DNA of 54,884 nt from Octopus bimaculoides (lineage: Eukaryota), in contig NC_068982.1 in the NCBI RefSeq assembly GCF_001194135.2, positions 23,354,623 to 23,409,506 of the forward strand. Direction: 5' to 3'. A program made the position numbers and the translations under genes. Each line of letters opens with the position of its first letter. Positions within the stretch are counted from its first letter, which is position 1. Positions 24,621 through 38,560 of the stretch are shown here, in pieces. The notes beneath the pieces are model-generated. The model saw only the letters and a list, made by a program, of their open reading frames with translations, did no database searches and had not been told where the DNA came from.

Positions 24621-25820
24621 GCGATAAATGAAGTCTTCCAATCTCTCATCCCATGTTTCAGAAAATTTGGCGAAAATTTCGACGCATGTTATTTTTATTT
24701 TATAAAACTAGAAAATCACAAATTCCATTATGGAATGGCTGAAGCTTTCATAAAGCCAATTAGCTCCAAATGGCACTGGTTGGCTTAATAACAAAAATGG
24801 TATGGCAAAATTGAAATAATTTCTGATATTGTCACGCTGATACAATTATGATAGGAAGATAAAATTCAGTTAAATCGTCTCTATACCTGATGATATAAGT
24901 GAAGAAATAACGAAAGAGAATGTTCCCTGAATTCTGAACGGAAAAGATTATTTTGTTTTGAAAACAACTCCATACTTTTCTTTGCTCATTCCGGCTATCG
25001 TCTGTGTTGATAGTGTTCTTTTGTATAGGCTAACAGCCATAGTTTGCGCATGCGTATTAACTGATTATCTTTAATTGATCATTAATTGAAATTAGTTTTG
25101 TGGTCACAGAATTTGAAAGTTACACTTTTCTTTGTCTTGATTCGAACTCATAAATTTAGATACAGCAAATGTCACGATCCCAACAACCATACAGACGGTC
25201 GCTCCACTGATGTGCTAAAATGATTTCCTACCTTTTCATTAAGGCAAATAAATTCCGATTAGCATATAAGAGATTTAGTGTGCCCCATTACTTGATTAGA
25301 TAATGTTAACTTGCGCAGTTCAAACGTGGTTGGTGTATTTCTAATCGAGGAATAATGAGATTTTTAACTAAGCAGAGTATTAATGTATTTTTTAGATTAT
25401 CTTATCGACTACTGTCTAGAATAAAGCATGCTACACGGCGATAAAGTGGCAGAGCCATCTGCGATCGGTTAAAATTCCCTACTGTATTTGGTCTGGTAAA
25501 TTTATCTTTCGGCTTTCTGAAGTCGATGAATTCGTTAAAAGTCAAATACCGAAGATAATTTTATATCATTACATGGCATGTTTTGCGGCGCATTGTATTG
25601 CGCTGGAGTATTGTCTTCGGAGTTCTCTCACAGCATCCGTTATCTCCAATAAACACTGAGGGACCGAGGAAAAGGCTATTAAACACTTCTTCATAGAAAA
25701 ATCTAATTTACTACGGAAACTCGCCATAAACAAATTTGGGGAAAATATCTCGAAACGGGAATTAAAATAACATAGACACATGGACACGATATTTGTGGGA
25801 CGAGTTTAGTTATTATACTA

Positions 25821-27979
25821 CGCGGCGCACCAAAAAGTAACCCCGGTTTCGTAGCATATTATAAATACAGAAATAAATTTACGAGTACTGGAAAGGATTC
25901 AACATCAAATAACATTTTTAAAGTGGTTTCCAGCGACATCAATACACAATTGTACGCGTCTAACCAACCGGCATAAAATAGTGATGTCGATGGTGGCAAC
26001 CACATGCGTGACATCGTCTTTATGTTCCTTTGTTATAGGCGGATTTTTTTTTTACCCCGTACAATTCGAGTGACGCCAGACATAATAATCACGTGTTGAA
26101 AGATCAGGGGAACTAATCTTTGCTAACCCTGTATTATTGTCATGGACTCACTGCATAGGCACAACAAATATCTGGCAAGCCATCGCACCCTACTAGAAGA
26201 ACAAGGTGATATCAAAACCTTCCCGGACTAGTTACGTTTAATAAAAATATCTTATTTGCCTCAGTTAAGTTTAAACATCACCTTCGAAATATTTGCCTCA
26301 CACAGAAACACGCCGGTCCCAGCGTTCCTACCCCTTGAATCTGGCCTGGAAGTCGTTTTTCCTCAGAAAACTTTCCGCGATTGCTCTGGAACTGATTAAC
26401 ATTGTGAAAACTGTGATCTTTGAGTTACCTATTCATCTTGAGGAAGAGAGGGATGTCTGCAGGTGCTGCATCTCGCGAATATAGCTGGTGCAGAAGCGAC
26501 ATCATGTTGTTTTTGGAGAGTAGCTCACGAGTGAAGAGAACGTAGAGACAGAATGCATTATCGTCGTGAGGAATCCAATTCTAGTGCTCCAGAGAACCGG
26601 TCACTTTCACCAAATTCCCTCCCTCAAACGCGTAACAACGTCCCTGTAGTACTCTCGATTGATGGTTCGGCCTCGCAGGACGAATTCCCAATGCGCAATA
26701 CCATATTTTGGGGAGTGACGCTTGTGAGAGGTCTTACAGATCGCTCGTCGTCTTCCAGGGAAGTTATTCAGCTTCTGAAGTGCGTACGCCGCTTCACATA
26801 TTGCGTACAACCCATTGTCTCGCCTTCTTAAGCTTACCATCGCATGTCCAATGTGTCTGTAACACACATCCAAAGTTTGACACAGAATTTGCATGCTAGT
26901 TCTTTGTTCCTGCCCATGACACAATCGCAGATTATAACATACATTCATCACAAAAACACAAATTTTACGAATTGCGAAGGAAAAGCAGCGATGCAACTCG
27001 GTATACTGCCTCATGAAGGTCACCGCTAGCTCTCAATGCGCACGCTCCCGAGTGCTGTCATCTGTTGTCGCGCTAGAAAACTATTTGGGAACATTTTGGT
27101 AGCACATCGCCCCATGTCTTTCATCTCCAGTAAATTGAAAACAAAATTGGTCCAATATCTGCATGTAGACCTCCATGTTGACGTCACCGTTGACAAGACA
27201 TTAAAAACAAATCGGTTCAATGATTCGAGGCTTTGAAAGAGCACAGCAACCACCTATTTTTTTATTGTGGAGCGCCTGCTCATACATAAGGTGAGTAATC
27301 GTCGTCGCCATTATCGTATGTTTTGTAAATGTACGCGGCAGAAGAGTTGTAAACACGCCTCATCACTCATTATGAATTGGAGGGGGTGTAGTTTTCCTCT
27401 AGCAATGCTATTCAGAAACCATGTGTAGTAATTCACACGTTTACGCTTGTCATCCACTTCAATTGCTATACACATGTGAAGTGATATGGCTTCTAATTTA
27501 GACTCTTGAGTACCTGTTAACATGACTTCCTGCTTATGTAAGACTGCTGCGGCAATTTACGAGTTGACTTCTTTGAACTTCAACTAATCATTGGACTAAT
27601 TCCTGCATAACAACCGACGTTCAAACTGTACGGTGTCTTATTGCGCCACTTCTTAACCAGCATCGTTCTCTTTGCGGGCAAGCTTTTGCTCGGAAAATAG
27701 ACTTCAAATATTCTACGCCTTTGCTTCACAGAATCCATTGTTACATACGCTACCAAAATCTCCACTCTTTCCACTATTGTGTAAGTCATCTCGCCGAAAA
27801 TGCTAAAGAAATTCACTCAACTGAATCATACGATCAAGCAATGCGATGTGAATGCACTGAGGATAAAGTAGCAAACGATTTTAATTACACAACGATACTT
27901 GCAAATAAAGGCTCGGTGAACATTTCTGTGTGTAAATGTATTCTAGGGAACCCGGGCTACTTTTTCCTGTGCTACCCTG
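25821..27979 (-). mobile_element. Tc1/mariner-superfamily transposon with DUF4817-type HTH (outer element of a nested pair)
   Basis: TA-flanked imperfect TIRs (cgcggcgcaccaaaaagtaaccccggtttc / reverse complement cagggtagcacaggaaaaagtagcccgggttc). The minus strand reads MTYTIVERVEILVAY..PAKRTM, then FIMSDEAC..QNIR, and after the insertion FF*XGAMA..SSPDLSTRDYYVW..RRVQLCIDVAGNHFKNVI*. Confidence 0.85.
26202..27110 (-). mobile_element. Internally deleted mariner transposon (inner, nested)
   Basis: TIR-like caaggtgatatcaaaaccttcccggactagt at the left end and a degenerate counterpart ending at about 27110. The minus strand shows an HTH start fused to HWEFVLRGRTINREYYRDVVTRLRE..HHDNA..YSRDAAPAD. 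The first-D segment is absent. Confidence 0.8.
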
Positions 27980-28236
27980 TATCACTTCCATTAATTGAGT
28001 AGAATATCTTACTGATCTTAAAAAGTGGTCAGATAAGTCTACCATAGAGTCATTTGAACTTTTGAAAGTAAGGGCATAATTGAATATTATAGAACATTTC
28101 TCCACAATATATCTAACGGATATGGCATCGACATATGCATTACTATTAATAATAATCATTTGTACAACTAGAACAAGTTCACGTATACTGAAGAAGGGAT
28201 GAAATCAATTTAATGGAATCCATTTCTTGACTTATA

Positions 28237-28290
28237 TTTATTTTATCGACCCCAGACGGAATAAAGGCATAGCTATCCACTGCAACTACT
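28237..28290 (-). mobile_element. SINE core remnant
   Basis: tttattttatcgaccccagacggaataaaggc is a degenerate reverse complement of gcctttcatcctttcggggtcgataaaataa. Confidence 0.55.
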
Positions 28291-29419
28291 GATCTGCACG
28301 ATGAAATAAATATATACGTAGCAACTGATGTAAAATTCCTGCTGTTACTGCTACTACTGCTACTACTACTTTTGTAGCTAGAACTACATTCCTTCGCTAA
28401 ATTTTTCAATATCGTTATGCAAAATGGCTTCGGCATTTGACTGCATTTATGTGGATTATGCTGTTTGGAAAAGGCAAAATCTCTACAACTTCCCTTTCAT
28501 TTTATATTACAAATCTATACCAATTTTGTTCACACTCAACGAGAAATTTTCTTTTGCTTACATATTCATATTTTTCTCAGATCAATACCTTTAGATGTTT
28601 AATCGAAGATGATTCGATAATTCCGTTCAGCGGATGTTAGTGCTTACTGTATGCAGCTTGCTTTGATTTAAACATTCATATCTTATACACTCTTGAAATT
28701 GTACATTTATATAATTCTATAGTTTTTGTACGCTCACTCTGTAGCATACCCTATCCAGATATTAAATGATTTCAATTGGGAACTGAAACGAAATTTTTGA
28801 CTTGGTATTCGTCATACGTAGCTGAGCATTCTTCTGAATGAGATAATTTCATTATTTGAATATTGAGGAATAAATGTGCTTCTCGTGAAGTTGGACGTTT
28901 CCTGCATAATTTATCAGACAATGTTAGTTTTCAGTATAACTTTCAGCATCTGTGTCTCCCTATTGCCTCAAACCCTTCTTATAGCAGCTGACAAAGGTGA
29001 AGCTACTATTCACGTTTTACATTTATAATCTCAGCACTATAAAAAGTCAGTTGTTGTTAAACACCACCTGGTTACTTTGACATTTACACAAATATCTAAA
29101 TATATTGATACACAATTTTTAAGCTTTATGCAATCAGAAAATATCACACAATACAGATAAACGGAAATATATCAAATATATCAAAAGATTGAAACATATC
29201 AATATGTCTGATATCTTCAGCCGTAACTACATTCATGAAATGGTAGAATTGTATAAATTTCGAGTAACGTAATGTGATTATGTATAAAGTAATTTACATG
29301 ATGTGCAAAGCTGCGGCTCATATAATATAGGTCACGCTGTCACAGTGACTGAAATGTTGGAGCAGGGTTATCATTCAACAGTCGTTATCTGTTTAAACCC
29401 CAAAGATAATCTATAATGA

Positions 29420-29600
29420 GGAGGAAGATACAGAAAGTGTGGCACAGCGGGATGTGTTCATTGAAAACTAAACTATATAACAGGAAGGTGTACCTCCAGA
29501 TTAATTGCTGTACATATGAAAGCGGTGTGTAGCCAAATGTGATTTGAAGAATTAGGGTTACAATATATAGTTACGTGCTGGAGTCAAATCGGAGAAGCGT
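29420..29600 (+). mobile_element. Possible highly decayed mariner HTH remnant
   Basis: With frameshifts it reads AQRDV..QEGVPP..HMKAV, resembling the mariner N-terminal QR.VI.FL..EG..P.EI..RM..VYG pattern. Confidence 0.3.
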
Positions 29601-29689
29601 TTAGTTTCTCCATAGGTCAGGTGTAACTAACCTAATCTATACACCCTGTCTATCTGTTTGTCTGACTGCTTGCCTGCCTCTCTGTTTTT

Positions 29690-29771
29690 CTGCCCCCTCC
29701 ATCCATCTATTTGTCCATCCATCTATGTATGTATGTATGTATGTATGTATGTATGTATGTATGTATGTATG

Positions 29772-29831
<60 letters not shown>

Positions 29832-29910
29832 GTCTGTCTGTCTGTGTATCTGTGTACCTGTCCATCCGTCTGCCTATCTCTCTGTCTGTTTGTCTATATA
29901 TATCCATCTA
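29690..29910. repeat. Compound (ATGT)n-(ATCT)n-(GTCT)n tetranucleotide microsatellite
   Basis: Direct reading. Confidence 0.95.
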
Positions 29911-30622
29911 TCGTTCTAGGCGCAGCGTAGGTATACGAGAAAACACAAATAGCACTTAAAATTTACGACAGCTGTTCCGGTAGAATTTCATTGATATATA
30001 TATAAATTACATCACAGCATATAATCCATCCCTGTCAGCAAAAAAAATTATTCAGGTATACACAAGTGAGGAACATACCTTGATGATAATGAATCCAACT
30101 AACATTTTTGGATAAATGGTATTTTAAAAAATAGCACTCGATTATAAATAGTGGATATAAACGGCATGCGAAGAAGCAAAGAGATCAAACAAATCTTTTT
30201 TTTGAAACAGTTATCTTAATTACTTTATAGCCAGAACTTACTGTGAGGTCGTTCAAAAAATACAAACGTGCAGTAGGTAAAATACATCCTTAAGTTCTTA
30301 AAGCCGAGAAGATATCTTGTCAGTTAAGTGAGATAAAAGAAAGAAAACCTCAGGGCAGTTGAGGGTTATAACACTGTCATCGCCTTTTCACGCAAGTACA
30401 CGTACATATAGACACACGTACACACATCCACGTTTATACACCTATATGTGCACACACATATACATATATGGACTCATACACACACATATATTTATATATT
30501 CATATATATCCATTCCTACATACACACATATATATTCAAACACATACACGTAAATAAATAAATATATACTTTTGTTATTTACACCACCTGTCCTCGTCTG
30601 TTGTCATTATTTGTATATTCTC

Positions 30623-30625
<3 letters not shown>

Positions 30626-30669
<44 letters not shown>

Positions 30670-30741
30670 NNNNNNNNNNNNNNNNNNNNNNNNNNNNNNN
30701 NNNNNNNNNNNNNNNNNNNNNNNNNNNNNNNNNNNNNNNNN
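30626..30741. other. (TA)n followed by an assembly gap (N 30670-30741)
   Basis: Direct reading. Confidence 0.98.
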
Positions 30742-31057
30742 CAAACATGTACATATATACGGATGTATGCATACTCATATATACGGGTATACATATACAT
30801 GCGTACACACAACCCTTCATTTGTATAATGTTATAAAATACAGACATAAACCAAATAATGTAATATAAACAAAGATACAGAAGAAAGTGTAGACTAATTG
30901 CTGATAGTTAGGTAGTCATACACCGGACTATCAAATATTTCACTATCAAATGAATATAATGGTTACAAAAAATGATAATGAAAAAGCGTAAGAAGGATGC
31001 CGGTGACGTAATGTTACATACCATTGAAAAATATTTAGATAATATTTAAATTCGATT

Positions 31058-31290
31058 TATTTCTTTACTGCCAACAAGGGGCTGCACACAGAGGGAACAG
31101 ACAAGGACAGAGAAACAGATTAAACCGATTATATCGACCTCAGTGCGTAACTAGTGCTTATTTAATCGACCCCGAAAAGATGAAAGGCAAAGTCGACCTC
31201 GGCGGAATTTGCACTCAGAACGTAGCGGCAGACGAAATACCTATAAGCATTTCTCCCGGCGTGCTAACGTTTCTGGCAGCTCGCCGACTT
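31058..31290 (-). mobile_element. tRNA-derived SINE, full length, well preserved, 'gtccttgtctg' tail type
   Basis: The reverse complement contains head, core (gtcgactttgcctttcatcttttcggggtcgattaaataagcac) and tail (ctgtccttgtctgttccctctgtgtgcagccccttgttggcagtaaagaaata). Confidence 0.93.
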
Positions 31291-31636
31291 ACATATATTT
31301 AAATACATATATTTAAATACGTTTAGCATATATAACTATGTAGCAGAGTATGAATAAATAGAAGCTAAGAAGTATTATTCGAACCCCAAAATGGAACTGG
31401 TTTAAAATATGAAAATCTGTTTCTAATATAATGAATATGTGTTTCTAATATAATGGGCGTATCATTTCATCCGAAGTTCATTAGACCTGTTAATTATATT
31501 ACCTGAACGTTTCAGTAGTTCCTATAATTAAGCGCAGTAGAAGGTGCACTCATACCTATCATTTGAATAAGTTAATGCACATTTTATTATACTTCAGGTA
31601 AAATGGAATCTAATTCTTCTGTTTCTTAATTCCCAG

Positions 31637-31687
31637 TTGTTTTTCCTTGAGTGGTGTAACCTTAGCTTTCTCACGATTATTGCAGAT
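31637..31687 (+). CDS. Candidate 51-nt internal exon (unverified)
   Basis: Acceptor ttcttctgtttcttaattcccAG and donor GAT|GTAAGA. Length is divisible by 3 and two frames are open (LFFLEWCNLSFLTIIAD or CFSLSGVTLAFSRLLQ). Confidence 0.25.
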
Positions 31688-34121
31688 GTAAGAATGATTA
31701 TATAATCTCTCCTTGATCTTGCAAGAAGTGGAACCGATGTTGTGTTTAGGTTAGTTATTACGTTTTAAAATAATTAAGTCGGGTGATTCAAAATATTCTG
31801 TTGTATCTAACTATTACATGAGAATTTTTTTCTCTTCTATCAAAAGTAGTTAGCGATATATTTCAATAACACCACAATGTTGATAGCTAATGGTGTTCCT
31901 TCTATTTTCTTTTCTAAGATATTTTACCCACATCGTACATTCTTATTTACCTTCTTAATCCTTCTATGTTTTGAGATCGTAAAGTCATTTGATATCTGTT
32001 TCTCGCTACCCCGTTATAGCTACTACTTCTAATTTTTTTATAAATTCGAATGTTAATTCTTAAATACTACTTATCCAAAAATTCTGGTTGTATTCGGCAT
32101 TATTAAGGTGTTATCACACCTCTTCATAACCGTTTAAAACTTTACCTGTAGATGATGACTTTTATGCTATGATGTAATCTATGAACACATCAATACGATT
32201 CTATAATTCTACCGAAAGAGCTGTCGTAAATTTTAAACATCAGTTGTGTTCTTAGACACACGCACGCACTCACATACACACACATATATATATATATTGA
32301 AGGTGAGCATTAATCTATTTCAATATGGTTTGATTTGGGATTAGCATTCACAAAAAAATCTGGTGCAGTAACTGTAATTGTTAGCTTCATTTATCTATAC
32401 AAAAACAAACAATAACATAATTTATAACTTGCAGCTTGGAGCCGTATATATTCCTCGTTAAATATTCTTATTTCTGTGTCTATGTATAAATTTATAGATC
32501 TTTATAACATTGTTTCATTACGATAAACATTTCGACAAATCGTATTCGATTTCATTCCAACGTTAATTCTGTGTAGTATGTAGTACCGGAACACATGTCG
32601 TGAAAAGCATAATAATTTTATGCGTAGGAAAACGATATGGGGATAAATACTAGCATTGCTTTAAAACGAAATATACTGTGTTAATTATGGAATAGTTTGA
32701 TGTTGTCTGATGTGTTATACTTCTGAATAGGAATTGAAGACATACTTCCTGCCGAATAGAAACGACGTAGAATATAACTGTAACCGATGAGTCACTGTAT
32801 ATTGACAGAAATATATATCTCAGACGGTGAATAACTAGCAAGCAGAATGGATTCATTATTGGAAGGAATATCAAATGATACCACGTACTTGGAATCAGCA
32901 GGGTGAAAATATTTGGCATTTATTATGGCATAGAAAATATTTATTGAATTGGTGTTGATATATATTTCACATTTGCTGGGTATCTTCCAAAGTCGGTTCG
33001 TATTCTTGTTTATGATTTTCTTTAAATTGATAATATATATCTATATATTCCGTAAGAACAAAATATGATGCCTACGTCTCTTATATCTTGAATAAATGAG
33101 ATATCTTTAGATAGGTTCATATCGTACTTCAAATTTCAAAAGTTGATGTTTTCAGCAGATGTTAACAGCAGAACTGGGGTGCAGAGTGCAATGGATTTTG
33201 TCGACGCTTCTAATTAAAGAAGAAAGTACGGAAATACGATAAAGTGTCTGAGGACATCATATTTTCAGGTAACATGATAAAATCATTGAGGTAGTAAAGG
33301 TGGAATGTACATATCGTGTGTGACATAATGAAATTGAAGGACTATAAAGTTTAAGAAGAATGTGCGATGTGGTTAAAATAGTCTAAGACAGAAAAGGAAA
33401 TGGAAGAAACATCATTAGCCGTATCAATATTAGGACGTTATTGAGACATACTGTTAACTAATTTTGATAGAAGAGAAAAAAACTCCTGTGTAATGATTAG
33501 ATACAATGGAATCTTTTGAATCTTAATTGACAATGTGTTACAACCATGAAGTGTTATATGTACACTGCAGATAACAAGGAAAGCGAGTGCCAGAAAATCA
33601 GTCAACGTAAAGTTATACGTCAGCCGAAGAGATCAGTAATGAATATAAAGATGCAGATAAAAATAATACTAACATCTGGAATAATGGAACGTGAAATGAA
33701 AATGATCTAAAAAATGAGTTTGTCAGGCAAACAGAACATAACTACGTTTCTTTACCCTAATTTGTCTTTCAAGCACACTGTAGGAAATTTGTAGATTGTC
33801 GGCAAAGTGAAAGAAGCGTATCGTCTGCTGTAGCAGCTGCTTGATTAATAATTAATGGGTTTAATTTGGAACAGAGGCAGTGTATACTATACGAGTGTGC
33901 TTCAGAACGGATCTGTGTTTATCATTGACATGATAAGTATTGCCACGAGTTATGTCCCTTAATATTCAAGCGCAACTTTGTGATTCAGGAAATAGAAACA
34001 ATTAATTATATATGTACCAAACAAAAATTTAAACTGGAGACGATATGATTGAACGAAATCCTTGAAGCTGGAGTGTCATTATTATAGAGAGTGGACAGTT
34101 TAAATAACTGACCCTATTTGA

Positions 34122-34148
34122 TATATATATATATATATATATGTATGC

Positions 34149-34201
<53 letters not shown>

Positions 34202-34210
34202 CGTGTGTGT
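34122..34210. repeat. (TA)n/(TG)n microsatellite
   Basis: Direct reading. Confidence 0.95.
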
Positions 34211-34322
34211 GTTCATTCTTATATTCTGTTCAAAGTTTAATCGATGAAATCGACATCAGCACATTCTTTTTACGTATGATGCTTATTCCGTCCGTCACAT
34301 TAACTAAAATACCAAGTTACGA

Positions 34323-34341
34323 NNNNNNNNNNNNNNNNNNN

Positions 34342-34378
<37 letters not shown>
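34323..34378. repeat. Short N gap followed by (GA)n
   Basis: Direct reading. Confidence 0.95.
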
Positions 34379-34380
<2 letters not shown>

Positions 34381-35004
34381 CATATATGTATACACAAGGT
34401 GCTTACCGTGACAGGCTTTCACACAATTCCATTTTCATTCACTAAACGGTGCTTGGTCCGGGATTGTAACAAAGCTTTTGCTCAAAGTATCAGGCATTAT
34501 ATGTATGTATGCATGTATGGATGCATGTATGTTTGTATGTATGCAGTAATGTATGCATGTATGTATGCATGTATGTATGTATTTAATTATTCAATTTTAT
34601 TCCAAACTTTCTTGCTAATAGTGAAAGAGCCGGTTTCTAACTTAGATCCAAGTCTCTTAAATTAGAATTTCAACATCAGCAGGATATGTTTGTATGTATT
34701 TATGTATATGTGCAGATTTGTATATTTTGCTTTATGTATATATTCTCATGTGTATAATTGCATATCTCGACATGCTCTTATATAAACTTCAGAAAAGTTA
34801 TATGTTTGTTTGTATGTATGTATGTATGTATGTATGTATGTATGTGTCTATGTATGTCTACAAGTATGTAAGTATGCTTGTGCGCTCGCATGTTTATTTA
34901 TAACTTGCTCGTAACAGAAGCATTTTGCAGTTAATCAAACCGAAGAAAAATGCCAACATAGTGCATGTCAGTTTTAGCGACAAACACATTAAAATCATCT
35001 AATC

Positions 35005-35273
35005 CAGAGGTTTTCAAACTTTTTGATTTGCGGACTCCTTTATATTTCACGCTTATGAAATTTATACATAATATTTGCTTAAACTAACATACATTTTTAC
35101 ATTTATTTATTTAACAGTATATAACAAATAGGTTTATTGTCAATTAAAAGATTTCGATTAAAAAACATATATAAAATCAAATTGCCCATAAAAAGTATTT
35201 GCTGTTCACGGAACCCCTGTCTTGTCCTTGCGGACACCCTGTGGTCCGCGGACCACAGTTTGAAAACCCCCTG
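35005..35273. mobile_element. hAT-family (Charlie-like) MITE with an 8-bp TSD
   Basis: TIRs CAGAGGTTTTCAAACT / AGTTTGAAAACCCCCTG and an identical 8-bp TSD ATCTAATC at 34997-35004 and 35274-35281. An 8-bp TSD with CAG..CTG ends is characteristic of hAT. Confidence 0.92.
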
Positions 35274-35879
35274 ATCTAATCAACGCTGCTCATTATTAGA
35301 AATCGGTCATCACCCCACAAAGAAAAAGTAAAAGAGACAATTGAATCAGCATTATAGGAATTATCTCCGAATCTCCACTGATGTATATACCTGGAGAAAT
35401 AAGTGACACTTTCTATACAACTTTTATTGGAATTGATACTATTGTTTTGAAATTAACGCATCCGGATATAGTGTTATTATATTCAAATTCTGAAATATAA
35501 CATAAAAGATGTCGATTCCATCTTTTATATTTAATGACAATCATCTTCAGAGACAAAATATTTCATGAAGACAGAGTATATTATGGACGATCACTAACCT
35601 TTATACATCTCTTAAAAATTACAATACATAAGATATTTATTAGTATTAAGCGAAATGAAACTCAATCGTCAAAGAACTAAAAATGTAAATTATCAAATTA
35701 TGACTCTTTTCGATTATCTATCTATCTGTCTATCTATCGATCTATTTATCTCTCTATCGTCTATCTATCCAGCAATCCAGCATGAATGATGAATATAATA
35801 TTTTTCATGAATATGTATAGAGTTCTGTGCACAGAGATACAACACACACACACGCTTAATTGGAATTATGTAATCTACT

Positions 35880-35947
35880 ATGTACACACACACACTCACG
35901 CACACACTCACACAGTCACACAAACAAACACACACACTCACACACAT

Positions 35948-35979
<32 letters not shown>

Positions 35980-36005
35980 NNNNNNNNNNAAACATACATA
36001 CATAT
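35880..36005. repeat. (CA)n/(TA)n microsatellite with a short N gap
   Basis: Direct reading. Confidence 0.93.
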
Positions 36006-37652
36006 GTATGCATATCTATATTATATGTATATATTATTAATAAACATGTGTCCAAATTTTGAATTATGCCGTACATGAAATATAACTTAACTATGAAATA
36101 TCATGGAATGTATACATACACACTCAGCACGAAGTTACTATGTACATTATAAAAAGAAAGGTTTACATAGGAAAAGAAAATATGCTAATGCATTTCATAA
36201 AGACATGTGATATTATTACTTAAGCTAACCTTTCACATAATGGAAATGGAGTGTTTACTTTAAATATCTATCGATTCCATAATTCAGTAACGTTCTCTGA
36301 TTATGGTATGTGATAACATGTGTAATTCAGAAGAACGAGAATTATCCTGAAATAAGTTGCTTTCAGGTCACAGAATTCATACAAATAGTTACGTTTTTAA
36401 AGGCCAACTACATTGTGTCAGTGGTGTAATTTGCACAAACGATCATTAAGGAATCTCAATAATGGATGGCCTTCCTCCATATGCATTTATGCGTCATATA
36501 TGTGTATGTAAAAATGCATACGTATATACGTAGGAATAAATGATTATAAACACGCAGCAATACACTTATACACACACACACACACACTTATATATGTATG
36601 TATATATTCAGACATACACAGGTACATGCGCACTCATACTCACAAATATATGTATTTATATATATATATATATATACAAAAATATACGTATACACTCACA
36701 CCGCATGCTTATATCCATATGGGTGTGCATGTGGGTGTGCGTATGTGTGTCACTGCTTACACGTGCGCTCGTGCGCGCAGACACACAAACGCGCGCGCGC
36801 ATACATACTCACCCACCACGTGTGCGTGTGCGTGTTTTTGATTTTGCGAGTCTTAACGCATGTTTAAGTTTCTGAAAATTCTGTACAATAACTTAACCCC
36901 ACAATGTGTTCCCTGAGTGTTATAACGAGTTAATACTATAACATTGCTATTCTTAAAATTAATTTGTAAACCCAGTCATAACGAACCCACATGACATTAA
37001 CTTTTGAAAGATAAGTAGATTATTCTACTGAAGTCGTAGTTTCTTTTCTTATCTATAAGTTAGTAAATATCTCATTCGCAGACACATCAGGCTTTCGAAA
37101 TACGTATATTTAGCATATTATTGCACCTCATATCAATAAACGTTTATTCGTAGCATAATATAGGAATCTGCAGATCGTCAAAATATATGGCTGTGTTCCC
37201 TTTTCGCAAATACGTCGTCGGGGATTCAAACATACCTTGCAGTATGATTATACTAATGAAAAACTTGCCAATGAAATTTGGTAATCTCCTATGTGAACTA
37301 GACTGGCAGAGATGCCACATATATGTTTTCATGAAAAATACGTTACCGCGTTTCGCAACGTCATCAGACTCTTGGTTGTTTTATGGAGTAGCTGGAGTGT
37401 CAAGTATTGTTCGCATTGAGGATAATATCTTCCTCCACTTCTTTCATTTCTAGAGATCATATAAGATACTCGCTGTTCATTTACCTCCCGATAATAAATC
37501 ATATAAGAAAGGTTGTTGAGCCTAATTACACAGTTGATGCTAATTACCGACCAATTAATATCATGTTCAAATATTAGATATTTGCACAATGTATATAAAA
37601 GACTGATAGTTATTAAATTAGCGTACAAATTTCAATATTATACATACCTGTG

Positions 37653-37872
37653 AGGCGGCGATTTGATAGAATCGTTAGCGCTGTGAGAAAAATACTTAGC
37701 AGTCTTACGTCCGTGTTTACTGTCGGAGTTCAAATACCATTAGAGTCGACTTTGCCTTTCATCCCTTCAGGGTCGATAAAATAAGTACCAGTTCAGTACT
37801 AGAGTTGATGTAATCGACGTACATCCTCCCCGGAAATTGCTGGCCTTGTGCAAAAAGGTTGAAATCAATATT
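37653..37872 (+). mobile_element. tRNA-derived SINE, 'ggccttgtgc' tail type
   Basis: aggcggcgatttgatagaatcgttagc..gagttcaaat..gtcgactttgcctttcatcccttcagggtcgataaaataagtaccag..cctccccggaaattgctggccttgtgcaaaa. Confidence 0.9.
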
Positions 37873-38430
37873 ATACCCAGAAGTCTGTGATAAGTAAATA
37901 AGTGTAGTAGTGCAATAAGCGTTCTTAAATTCCTTTCAAAGTGCAAAAAAAACAACTTTATCATGTATGATTAGAGACTATTCCTACCAGTTAGGGATGC
38001 AACATTTTTGGCAAACCTGTAATGATCAAGTATGATCAATGTTTGTTCCAGGAGGGTTCAATTAATTTCAATACTTTTGAAGGGTTCTTTGATCCTGTCA
38101 CACATCGAGAATGCAAATTGTTTTTGCTAGTGGCCTTGCAAGCTCTTTCCAAAATTAAATTTGTTCAATTTCGTCAGTTTGTGGTTGTGAACTCGACTTT
38201 CTTGCTGAGATAATTATTTCATCAAGTTCTTAATTGTGATCATTCTCGTTTCACACACGATTGTTGGTGTCTAGTTAGGTTTCCCACATTTTAATCTGTT
38301 TGCACTTCTGTAGTTTGAAATGTAAGCTGTTAAGTTCACTTGAATATTTGTTGAATATTTACACTATATTCACGAGAGCAGAGTTGTAAAATCGACAAAG
38401 AAAAACAAAAACGGGAAGCATCAACGAAAC

Positions 38431-38465
38431 TCCTTCACCTTCACCTTCACCTGCTGCTGCTGCTG

Positions 38466-38535
<70 letters not shown>

Positions 38536-38560
38536 CACTACTACTACTACTACTACCAGC
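38431..38560. repeat. Compound (CTTCAC)n-(CTG)n-(CTA)n repeat
   Basis: Direct reading; explains the poly-Val ORF. Confidence 0.95.
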
